Positions 1 to 7,215 of a DNA stretch of 32,000 nt are shown here, one piece after another; positions within the stretch are counted from its first letter, which is position 1, and every line of letters begins with the position of its first letter. The DNA is from Pyrodictium abyssi (lineage in GTDB: Archaea > Thermoproteota > Thermoprotei_A > Sulfolobales > Pyrodictiaceae): contig NZ_AP028907.1 of NCBI RefSeq assembly GCF_036323395.1, positions 960,001 through 992,000 on the forward strand, in the 5' to 3' direction. A program made the translations under genes and the position numbers. The notes beneath the pieces were generated by a model. That model was not told the DNA's origin, searched no databases, and saw only the letters and a list, made by a program, of their open reading frames with translations.

Positions 1-801
1 GGTAATGTTCACGTATGTCGGCGGGTAGAGGCCGGCATAAGCGGCCTGCACTATTACGGCCTTAAAAGCGTCTACAAGGGACGGAAGTATCTTGTCGACG
101 CCTGCAACCACTATGTGCTTCCTAGGTATGCCGGCCACGAGTCTTATATTGCCCTCGTTCTCCACAAGAAGGACAGCACCAGTGTCTGCGGCTATAGCAT
201 TAGCGCCGGTAATCCCAACGTCGGCCGTAGTGAGTTTTGCTCTTAGGAATTCGCGTATGGATGCTACCAGCTCTTCTGGGCTAGAAGATGAGATGTCCAC
301 CCCTAGCTTCTCGGACAGTAGCCTGGCAACAGCATTTCTACTCATATGGATTGCCGGTGCGATGGTATGCATGGGTTTGCCGCCTTCTAGCTGAACCAGG
401 AGTTGGCCTAAGTCCGTCTCCCAGACCTCGTTGCCATCCATCTCTAGGCGCTCGCGTAGACCTATCTCTTCAGCAACCATACTCTTGGACATGACTACCA
501 GCTTACCGCGGCCCACAATACGGGCCACAAGCTCTCTGGCCTCCTCCGCGCTCTCCGCAAGATACGGGTTTGCCCGGACTCTCCTAAGACTCTCCATAGC
601 AGCCTCTATGTACTCATCGAGTCTGCTTATAATTATCCTCTTGGCCTCCTCGACCTCCCTCGCAAGCCTCACTAGCTCTGGATAGCGCTCCAGCACGCTA
701 GCTACTTTCCTCTCGTTGCTCGCAGCTACTCGTGCAAGGCTCTCCTGGAGAGCCGGGTCTCCTAGCGCTCTGTATATATTCCGGAGGGTATCAGCTAGCA
801 A
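1..801 (-). CDS. LUD-domain protein (LutB/YkgF-like lactate-utilisation protein), 3' end cut by window edge
   Basis: Absent from the ORF track because it runs off the window. My reverse-strand translation from TTG at 801-799 gives an open 267-codon frame (LLADTLRNIYRALGDPALQESLARVAASNERK...GKLVVMSKSMVAEEIGLRERLE...GKPMHTIAPAIHMS...VGITGANAIAADTGAVLLVENEGNIRL...PTYVNIT) that resembles DUF162/LUD proteins. The + strand ORFs 92-394, 288-494 and 431-685 are S/T/A-rich antisense artefacts. Start codon is uncertain. Confidence 0.6.
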   Translation of the reverse strand, partial: MLADTLRNIYRALGDPALQESLARVAASNERKVASVLERYPELVRLAREVEEAKRIIISRLDEYIEAAMESLRRVRANPYLAESAEEARELVARIVGRGKLVVMSKSMVAEEIGLRERLEMDGNEVWETDLGQLLVQLEGGKPMHTIAPAIHMSRNAVARLLSEKLGVDISSSSPEELVASIREFLRAKLTTADVGITGANAIAADTGAVLLVENEGNIRLVAGIPRKHIVVAGVDKILPSLVDAFKAVIVQAAYAGLYPPTYVNIT

Positions 802-805
802 AAAC

Positions 806-1786
806 TCACACCTCTTTGCCGCGGAGAAGCGTTTTCGAGAGAACAAGAGATATGTCAACTATAGTCTCGCCACTGGCTACCCTCGAAAGGCTAACATAGC
901 ATATAGGGCACATAGTCACAATAGTGGACGCCTTTTCTCGGAGCTCATTCAGCCTCGTGGATGCTATCCTTGCAGCCAGCCTAGGTGAGAGAGCTTCAAC
1001 AGGACCACCACAGCAGTAAGTCATCTTGCCGCTACGCCGCGGCTCCAGCACAGTAACACCAGCAGCCTCTAAGAGACGTCGCGGCTGCTCCACAACACCC
1101 AGGGCCCTGGCGTAGAGACATGGATCATGCACGACTACAGTGTCTCTCTGCTTCCCTGGCGCCAGCAACGCTTTACCTGCAAGAGCCTCATCGAGAACCT
1201 CTAGGTAGTTCACAACCTCCACGTCGAAGCCGTCGATGTACTCCGGGTAGACGTGACGCAGCATATAGGTAGTATGGGGATCCACCGTTATCAGCTTCTC
1301 TACACCGCGTCTCTGTAGCCTGTCGTGCACCTTCGCTGCGTGCTTCTGAAAGGCGTCCTCTAGCCCCATATCGTACAGTATAACACCAGTATACATGTCG
1401 TCCTCATAGAGGTACGCGTAGTCTACCCCAGCTCTAGCCAGCAGCCTAGCTATCGACGCGAGAATGTTCTCTGCGAGCTCCACCTCCCTCCTATCCGGCC
1501 GGATGACTGCTCCAGCAAGTCCAGTCAGCCTCGAAGACGCTGCCAGCCTGAGAACCCTGGCCAGCCTACTGTCCTCCAGCTGCTCTAGAACAGCCACAAG
1601 GCTCTTTATATACGGCATAAGCTGGTACATGACACCAGTGTAGAGGAATACACGGCCACTACGAGGCAGATCCAGCGGCTTAGCCCAGCGATAAGCTATA
1701 TCGCGCGGCGCTGGTACAGGGAGCCCGGTGCGTAGAGTATTCTCAGCCATAATCGATAGAATAGAGTCCACGTCCACGGCTCTCAC
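806..1786 (-). CDS. CCG-domain Fe-S oxidoreductase subunit (GlcF C-terminal half / LutA / HdrD-like)
   Basis: 326-aa ORF with cysteine-rich CCG-type motifs (VVVHDPCLYARALG, MTYCCGGPVEAL, MCPICYVSL). It overlaps the upstream ferredoxin ORF by 4 nt, which suggests translational coupling. Confidence 0.75.
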   Translation of the reverse strand: MRAVDVDSILSIMAENTLRTGLPVPAPRDIAYRWAKPLDLPRSGRVFLYTGVMYQLMPYIKSLVAVLEQLEDSRLARVLRLAASSRLTGLAGAVIRPDRREVELAENILASIARLLARAGVDYAYLYEDDMYTGVILYDMGLEDAFQKHAAKVHDRLQRRGVEKLITVDPHTTYMLRHVYPEYIDGFDVEVVNYLEVLDEALAGKALLAPGKQRDTVVVHDPCLYARALGVVEQPRRLLEAAGVTVLEPRRSGKMTYCCGGPVEALSPRLAARIASTRLNELREKASTIVTMCPICYVSLSRVASGETIVDISLVLSKTLLRGKEV

Positions 1787-2115
1787 CCCCGAATGGCCAC
1801 CTCTATGGGGGACCCAGGTAGCAGCTCACCGCGATTGCGGAGAACGCGGACAACTCTCACAATACCGGCAACGTCCACGGAAATAGGGCACTTAGTCGTA
1901 CACGCTCTACACATGAGGCATGAAAAGATGGATGCAAGAGCCTCGCCGGAGACCGGGGCCTCGCTGGCGAGCAGCTGGAGCGCTATAGCAACACGGCCTC
2001 GAGGACCATAACCGCGGTGAACACCGTGAGGAAGGGTAGGGCATACAGCTTCGCAGAACCCGCAGTAGAGACAACGCTGGGCTTCTCGGAGTGCAGTCTC
2101 CCGGAGACCCGTCAC
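1783..2115 (-). CDS. 4Fe-4S dicluster ferredoxin-domain protein (GlcF N-terminal-half-like)
   Basis: 110-aa ORF with two CxxCxxCxxxCP motifs (CLYCGFCEAVCP, CLMCRACTTKCP). It lies between the FAD oxidase and the CCG protein on the same strand. Confidence 0.8.
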   Translation of the reverse strand: MTGLRETALREAQRCLYCGFCEAVCPTLPHGVHRGYGPRGRVAIALQLLASEAPVSGEALASIFSCLMCRACTTKCPISVDVAGIVRVVRVLRNRGELLPGSPIEVAIRG

Positions 2116-2122
2116 GGCCAGG

Positions 2123-3538
2123 CTACACCACCTTCCCCGGATTCAGTATCCCCTTCGGATCGAACACGCGTTTAATCATCCTCATCAACTCCAAAGCCTT
2201 AAGAGAGCCAAGAGACTCCAGCTCCATCCTCAACCCGTCCTTCTTCATAACGCCGATACCATGCTCGGCGCTAACAGTCCCACCCAGCTCCACAGCAAGC
2301 TTCATAACATCGAAGAACCACGCCTCAACCCTCCTCTTCGCATCGGCATCCTCTGGGTCAAAGCCTACAGCAGGATGCAGATTGCCGTCACCTATATGGC
2401 CTCCAAGCATCATGGGTAGACCATACTTCTCCTCGAGCCTACGCAGCCCCTCAACAGCTTCGGCGAGACGGGAAGGAGGAACAGCAATATCCTCAATATA
2501 GACAAGCACCCTCTCACTACCTGTAAGGCTTCGTGCAAGAGCTACTTGTGCAGGGAAGAGGCTTCTACGGAGATCGAATAAACCTCTACGGTTAGCCTCG
2601 TCTAGGCTTCCTGCCGTATAGACAAGGCTGGCACCGCTCCTCCGCATAATGTTCTCTAGCTGTGCAAGCACCCTACTGGTAGCCTCACGGTTAACGTCTA
2701 CACTTACAAGGAGCATGTGGCCTGCTACTTTCTGAGGCCAGCCGAGAAACTCTACAGCCCTCTCAACGGTGCAGTTATCCATAAACTCCATTATCAGCGG
2801 CTGGAGCCTCTCCTCCTTGATCTCCACGGCAGCTTCCACGAGGTCAGCTAGCTTATCGAAAAAGGCTAGTACAGTGACAACAGCCTCGGGCGCAGGTATT
2901 ATGCGGAGAGTAGCCTCGGTAACAACAGCGAGTGTGCCTTCGCTGCCAACAATAAGCCTTACGAGATCATAGCCTTGCCTACATTTAACAGTCTTGCACC
3001 CAACCCGCATAACGGTGCCATTCTCGTCTGGTAGGACTATCTCGAGGCCCAGCACCCAACCCCTCATAGTACCATACTTGGCTCCCCGCATTCCACCAGC
3101 TCCACTATTCACCGCACCGCCTACCGTGGCAACAGACGAGCTAGCAGGATCCACGGGAAACATATATCCATACCTGGCAAGCTCTATATTGAGATCGTCG
3201 ATCCTTACACCGGGCTCAGTAACAGCTATGCCGTCAACTACGCTTACGTGCTTCACTCTGTTCATTCTCTCAAGACTGAGTACAACACCGTCTGAGGGTA
3301 GGGCGGACCCCGAGAGACTCGTAGCAGACCCTTGCGGGTAGACTTTGATGTCATGCTGGTATGCGAAAGCAAGAAGCCTAGACACATCGGATGCATTCTC
3401 CGCCAGAACCACGGCGGTGGGAAGGCTGTCAGGCTCTAAGCCTGTAGCCTCGCGGGAGTACAGCCTCACTATAGTGGGATCAGTTACAACCTTGTCCTTG
3501 CCAAGTAGCCTTTGCAGCTTCTCGCCAACAGTATTCAT
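2123..3538 (-). CDS. FAD-linked oxidase, GlcD / D-lactate dehydrogenase family
   Basis: 471-aa ORF. The N-terminal part resembles an FAD-binding PCMH-type region (VVLAENASDVSRLLAFAYQHDIKVYPQGSATSLSGSALP). The C-terminal part (GTVSAEHGIGVMKK...FDPKGILNPGKVV) is typical of GlcD/D-LDH. Confidence 0.85.
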   Translation of the reverse strand: MNTVGEKLQRLLGKDKVVTDPTIVRLYSREATGLEPDSLPTAVVLAENASDVSRLLAFAYQHDIKVYPQGSATSLSGSALPSDGVVLSLERMNRVKHVSVVDGIAVTEPGVRIDDLNIELARYGYMFPVDPASSSVATVGGAVNSGAGGMRGAKYGTMRGWVLGLEIVLPDENGTVMRVGCKTVKCRQGYDLVRLIVGSEGTLAVVTEATLRIIPAPEAVVTVLAFFDKLADLVEAAVEIKEERLQPLIMEFMDNCTVERAVEFLGWPQKVAGHMLLVSVDVNREATSRVLAQLENIMRRSGASLVYTAGSLDEANRRGLFDLRRSLFPAQVALARSLTGSERVLVYIEDIAVPPSRLAEAVEGLRRLEEKYGLPMMLGGHIGDGNLHPAVGFDPEDADAKRRVEAWFFDVMKLAVELGGTVSAEHGIGVMKKDGLRMELESLGSLKALELMRMIKRVFDPKGILNPGKVV

Positions 3539-3796
3539 TGCCCTGCCAGCCTCGCGCCCCTGAGGCGGAAACCGTGGAAGAATCTCCGAGTCACGCGGGA
3601 GCCTAGTGGTACTGGTAGCACACTAGCGTAAGATATAATGTTTACTCACTGTAATATAGAATAGTGATGAATATTGTGGGCCAGGCACAATAGAATAGGG
3701 TGCAAGTGGAGGAAAACACTAGCATAACTACGGGAGGCGTGTGTTCACGGTATCCCTACAAGCTAGGACGGATTGATAAGTAGGAGGGAGAAGGTG

Positions 3797-3873
<77 letters not shown>

Positions 3874-3920
3874 CCCGGTTCCCCGGCGGCCGTGTTTGGC
3901 AGGAGAGGCTTGCCCGAGGT

Positions 3921-3931
3921 TTTATCAAGTT
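3921..3931 (-). promoter_or_regulatory. Candidate promoter element upstream of tRNA-Asn (plus-strand TTTATCAAGTT, read as AACTTGATAAA on the gene strand)
   Basis: AT-rich 11-mer 49 nt upstream of the mature tRNA-Asn 5' end. An identical 11-mer lies 39 nt upstream of tRNA-Met. Confidence 0.4.
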
Positions 3932-4081
3932 TACGCGCACTGGAGATGTAATGGGCGAGGTAGTCTCCCATGCTGGTGATTGTGCTGTAGATAAGGTTAT
4001 GTGCTGATAAGACGCATCAAGGTACTGCTGGGTAGAATCGTGGGACAAGGGGAGAATGGGGTGTGGACCGGGGCCCAGCGA

Positions 4082-4158
4082 TGGTGGGCCCGGGGGGATT
4101 CGAACCCCCGACCACCCGGTTATGAGCCGGGCGCTCTGCCGGGCTGAGCTACGGGCCC
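4082..4158 (-). tRNA. tRNA with CAU anticodon (elongator tRNA-Met, or tRNA-Ile2 if C34 is agmatinylated), CCA encoded
   Basis: Reverse-strand cloverleaf: GGGCCCG-TA-GCTC-AGCCCGGCA-GAGC-G-CCCGG-CTCATAA-CCGGG-TGGTC-GGGGG-TTCGAAT-CCCCC-CGGGCCC-A-CCA, 77 nt. The acceptor stem starts with a paired G1-C72 rather than the A1:U72 pair typical of archaeal initiator tRNAs, so I call it a non-initiator. Confidence 0.85.
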
Positions 4159-4196
4159 ATACACCCATGATACTAGTCTGGGAGCCACCGGCGGGC

Positions 4197-4207
4197 TTTA
4201 TCAAGTT
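4197..4207 (-). promoter_or_regulatory. Candidate promoter element upstream of tRNA-Met(CAU) (same 11-mer TTTATCAAGTT)
   Basis: Exact copy of the 3921-3931 motif, in the same orientation relative to the tRNA gene, 39 nt upstream of the mature 5' end. Confidence 0.4.
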
Positions 4208-4428
4208 ATCGGTTACATCAGCCGGATGGATGTATTATCCGGTCTACGGGTACCGTGTAGAGTTGATGAGCGTCACAATGGTTATGGGATAATACACCGG
4301 TATTAGGACATCCAGTGCGAGAGCTGAAAGATATATAACGAAGCCATGGAGTGGCGTGGCCATAACCTCAACTACATTGGCGTACACTTACTAGCACGGA
4401 GCAGAACTCCTAGTGGGGTGTGTTGTGT

Positions 4429-4617
4429 ATGGCTTGTGAGAAGGCTGTGAAGGTTCGTGACCCGACTACTGGTAAGGAGGTAGAGCTAGTACCCATCAAG
4501 GTGTGGCAGCTAGCCCCCAGGGGCAGGAAGGGCGTAAAGATAGGCCTATTCAAGAGCCCAGAGACCGGCAAGTACTTCCGCGCTAAGGTGCCAGACGACT
4601 ACCCAATATGCAGCTAA
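4429..4617 (+). CDS. cren7: Chromatin protein Cren7
   Basis: [62 protein letters not shown] matches the Cren7 signature I recognise ([32 protein letters not shown]). The track ORF starts at GTG 4420, but the ATG at 4429 is the more likely start. Confidence 0.9.
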   Translation: MACEKAVKVRDPTTGKEVELVPIKVWQLAPRGRKGVKIGLFKSPETGKYFRAKVPDDYPICS

Positions 4618-4656
4618 CAAGAGAGAAACTAGCAGTAAAATCACCGCGATTATCTA

Positions 4657-4663
4657 TTTTCTT
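4657..4663 (+). terminator. T-rich tract downstream of cren7 (TTTTCTT)
   Basis: Oligo-T run about 40 nt after the cren7 stop. Archaeal terminators are oligo-T tracts. Confidence 0.35.
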
Positions 4664-4753
4664 CGCTATTGGTCTTAGGCTTCATGCTGTTAGGGTATCT
4701 TGGGTTAGCCCTATTGGCCCTGCAATTAATGGCTACTTCTCCGGGCAGCTGGT

Positions 4754-5251
4754 ATGAGCTGGGACTGGCTCCTGCCAGTAGCCTATCTAGCCTATACGAG
4801 GAGTAGGCTAGACCAGTCTGAGCTCGCACGACTGCTTGGAGTACCGGGGTCTATGGCGAAGAAACTGTTGTGGGCGGCTATCCGGCACGGATTCGTAAGG
4901 ATGGATAATGGTTTTATCGATATAACGATGAAGGGGGCTAGGCTCGTGGAGAAGGTCTGGTATGTTGCAAGAGCCTCTAACAGGTTTGTGTTTGTGATGC
5001 CGGGGCGTCTGGTGATAGTCTTCGTAAGGCCTCGGCGGGGCCTACGAGCCTATAGTATAACAGCTAGACTAGCGTGTAATGTTTATGCCGCCTTGGCTAG
5101 CGGTGTAAGTACCCCGCGTGAGATCTCGTCGAGGATTGGCGTGCACCCGAAGACGGTATCGCTGGCTATACGGGCGCTCCGTGTACTCGGCTGCCCGGGT
5201 GCCTGTTGCGTACTCGTGGGCTTGTGTAGCGGGCTGAGCGGTAAGGAATAA
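4754..5251 (+). CDS. Hypothetical protein with two helix-turn-helix-like segments
   Basis: 165-aa ORF. The segments LDQSELARLLGVPGSMAKKLLWAAIRHGFV and STPREISSRIGVHPKTVSLAIRALRVLG look like (w)HTH motifs. I did not recognise a family. Confidence 0.4.
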   Translation: MSWDWLLPVAYLAYTRSRLDQSELARLLGVPGSMAKKLLWAAIRHGFVRMDNGFIDITMKGARLVEKVWYVARASNRFVFVMPGRLVIVFVRPRRGLRAYSITARLACNVYAALASGVSTPREISSRIGVHPKTVSLAIRALRVLGCPGACCVLVGLCSGLSGKE

Positions 5252-5300
5252 ACCCCTCCCCGGCTAGCCTAGAGGCATGGGTTGAACCCCCGGCTGACCC

Positions 5301-5318
5301 GCGCGGGGAGCGCGGGGA
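5301..5318 (+). repeat. Perfect tandem 9-mer GCGCGGGGA x2 in the tRNA-Trp upstream region
   Basis: Read directly from the sequence: gcgcgggga gcgcgggga at 5301-5309 and 5310-5318. Confidence 0.8.
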
Positions 5319-5355
5319 TGAGCGTCATGGTGGGCCCTGAGAAGCGTGCCTGGAT

Positions 5356-5490
5356 GGGCCCGTAGCTCAGCCAGGCAGAGCGCCGGGCTCCAGACCCCGG
5401 AGCCGGTCCACAAGGCGCTGGGTCTGTCGAGCCCCTGGATGAGAGGGAGAGACCCGGCGGTCGGGGGTTCAAATCCCCCCGGGCCCACCA
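5356..5490 (+). tRNA. tRNA-Trp (anticodon CCA) with a 58-nt intron at the canonical 37/38 position, CCA encoded
   Basis: 5' exon 5356-5393: GGGCCCG-TA-GCTC-AGCCAGGCA-GAGC-G-CCGGG-CT-CCA-G. 3' exon 5452-5490: A-CCCGG-CGGTC-GGGGG-TTCAAAT-CCCCC-CGGGCCC-A-CCA. The joined exons give a 77-nt cloverleaf. Confidence 0.85.
5394..5451 (+). other. tRNA-Trp intron (58 nt)
   Basis: Gene length (135 nt) minus mature tRNA length (77 nt) gives 58 nt. The intron segment GGAGCC is complementary to GGCUCC, which spans the 3' end of the anticodon-stem 5' strand and the anticodon (C34 C35). That pairing is as expected for a bulge-helix-bulge splice substrate. The junction can slide by 4 nt because ACCC occurs at both borders. 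Confidence 0.75.
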
Positions 5491-5645
5491 TGCCTACTCG
5501 CCGCGCCGTCTACTCTTCTCTACCCCCTTGTACCTCTCAGTGCATCCATCGCGCCGTCTATGCCTCTTGTTATGGTGTGGCAGCTTCTCTGGTACTGTGT
5601 CCTTCTGCGGCGGTCGGGGGTTACTGTCTTTAGCCCGGCAGAGGC

Positions 5646-6932
5646 ATGCCTGGCCACGTAGGAGGTGTAAGGGGCACGGTGGCGAGCAGGGTGAAGGACC
5701 CAGCTCTAGCGGAGAAGGGTATGCTCCAGATAGAATGGGCAGAGATGCACATGCCGGTAGTAGCCAAGTTCATCAGAGAGAGGTTTGTCCGCGAGAAGCC
5801 GCTTCAGGGCGTGCGTGTTGGCGCGGTTCTCCACGTGACCAAGGAGACGGCCACGCTGGTCCGCACTCTGGCTGCTGGCGGTGCAGAGGTCCGGCTAGCT
5901 GCAAGCAACCCGCTAAGCACACAGGACGATGTCGCAGCCGCTCTCGCGCGCGAGGAGAACATAGAGGTCTGTGCATGGCGCGGGATGAATGAGGAGGAAT
6001 ACTTTTCGTGTATCCGCTGGGTGGCTGAGTGGAGGCCAAACATAGTTATAGACGATGGCGGCGACCTACACGCGATGCTCCACAAAGAGTACCCGGAGAT
6101 AGCTGATGGGGTTTGGGGAGGCACGGAGGAGACTACTACTGGTGTGATAAGGCTTCGCGCCATGGAGAAGGATGGTGTGCTAAAGTACCCGGCTATAGCT
6201 GTCAACGATGCCCGCACTAAGATGATGTTCGACAATAGGTATGGTACCGGGCAGAGCACCATAGACGGCATACTAAGGGCAACCAACATACTCTTCGCGG
6301 GCAAGGTGGTAGTAGTCGCTGGCTACGGCTGGGTTGGCCGCGGCATAGCTCTCCGCGCACGGGGCATGGGCGCCCGCGTCATAGTCACCGAGGTGGACCC
6401 GATAAAGGCTCTAGAGGCTGTCATGGATGGCTTCGACGTAATGTCGATGAAGGAGGCTGCCCGCTACGGTGACGTGTTCATAACAGCGACGGGTAACAAG
6501 AAGGTGATACGCCGGGAGCACATCGAAGTGATGAAGGATGGTGCTATACTAGCTAACGCTGGCCACTTCAACGTAGAGATATGGGTGCCTGATCTCGAGG
6601 AAATGGCGGTAGCGAAGCGGGAGGTGAGGCCCTACGTCACCGAGTACCGGCTAGCAGATGGCCGCAGGATATACCTGCTAGCAGAGGGCCGCCTAGTGAA
6701 CCTAGTAGCAGCCGAGGGCCACCCCAGCGAGGTAATGGACATGAGCTTCGCGAACCAGGCGCTCGCAGCAGAGTACCTAGTCAGGAACCGCGGCAAGCTG
6801 GAGCCAAAGGTCTACGTGGTACCCAGGGAGATAGACGAGGAGGTTGCACGCCTCAAGCTAAAAGCCATGGGGATAAGCATAGACGAGCTAACCGGGGAGC
6901 AGAAAGAATACCTATCCAGCTGGCAGCTCTAG
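5646..6932 (+). CDS. ahcY: S-adenosyl-L-homocysteine hydrolase (adenosylhomocysteinase)
   Basis: 428-aa ORF with hallmark AhcY stretches: [46 protein letters not shown], the NAD-binding GYGWVGRG, and GHFNVEI. Confidence 0.95.
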   Translation: MPGHVGGVRGTVASRVKDPALAEKGMLQIEWAEMHMPVVAKFIRERFVREKPLQGVRVGAVLHVTKETATLVRTLAAGGAEVRLAASNPLSTQDDVAAALAREENIEVCAWRGMNEEEYFSCIRWVAEWRPNIVIDDGGDLHAMLHKEYPEIADGVWGGTEETTTGVIRLRAMEKDGVLKYPAIAVNDARTKMMFDNRYGTGQSTIDGILRATNILFAGKVVVVAGYGWVGRGIALRARGMGARVIVTEVDPIKALEAVMDGFDVMSMKEAARYGDVFITATGNKKVIRREHIEVMKDGAILANAGHFNVEIWVPDLEEMAVAKREVRPYVTEYRLADGRRIYLLAEGRLVNLVAAEGHPSEVMDMSFANQALAAEYLVRNRGKLEPKVYVVPREIDEEVARLKLKAMGISIDELTGEQKEYLSSWQL

Positions 6933-7215
6933 GTTCCAAGGGCTTCGCGTGCACCCGGTCACCGTTTCGCGGGTATTTTAGGGGCCGAGAATCAGTCCTC
7001 CCTTCTCTACTACACGGGGGCTGTGAAGTCTTACAGCCGATCCGAACCCCGCGCCCATGTATGGGGGATGGCGAGTTTCGCCCCTCTAGAGCCCCCACAT
7101 ATCGCTGCTAGCAATGGGTACTGGGCTTGTCGGCCGATGAAGACTACGCCAGCGTCGGAGCCACAGCCAGCCGGGCAGTGAAGAGTGACTTGGCTCCGAG
7201 GCGCGCTGCGGAATT

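Noticed and set aside
92-685. Three overlapping + strand ORFs (92-394, 288-494, 431-685)
   Set aside because: Their composition is S/T/A/P-rich and low-complexity. They lie antisense to an uninterrupted minus-strand frame with clear LUD-domain-like sequence.
3664-3700. Possible box C/D sRNA: a perfect C box GUGAUGA at 3664-3670, followed by a hairpin ATTGTG-GGCCAGG-CACAAT
   Set aside because: No CUGA D or D' box lies within 80 nt downstream, and there is no terminal stem. The AT-rich context more likely holds the GlcD-operon promoter.
4264-4330. Possible box C/D sRNA upstream of cren7 (UGAUGA at about 4264-4269, CUGA at about 4325)
   Set aside because: I could not find internal D'/C' boxes with 12-nt guide spacing, and the flanks do not pair.
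4081-5337. ATGGTGGGCCC at both 4081-4091 (tRNA-Met 3' end) and 5327-5337, considered as att-like direct repeats of an integrated element
   Set aside because: The repeat is only 11 nt. The enclosed segment holds the core chromatin gene cren7 and no integrase. The second copy is better explained as the leader-trailer complement of tRNA-Trp.
5314-5340. GGGGAUGAG...CUGA in the tRNA-Trp leader as a box C/D half-mer. It shares the 11-mer GATGAGCGTCA with 4265-4275.
   Set aside because: The C-like box is degenerate, the spacer is 15 nt, and there is no second box pair before the tRNA begins. An 11-mer repeat is within chance expectation for 32 kb (my estimate is on the order of a hundred such pairs).
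5264-5992. ORFs 5264-5491(-), 5269-5472(-), 5346-5633(+), 5528-5992(+) and 5773-6039(-)
   Set aside because: They overlap tRNA-Trp or the strongly supported ahcY frame. Their composition is Arg/Gly/Pro/Cys-rich, as is typical of off-frame GC-rich DNA.
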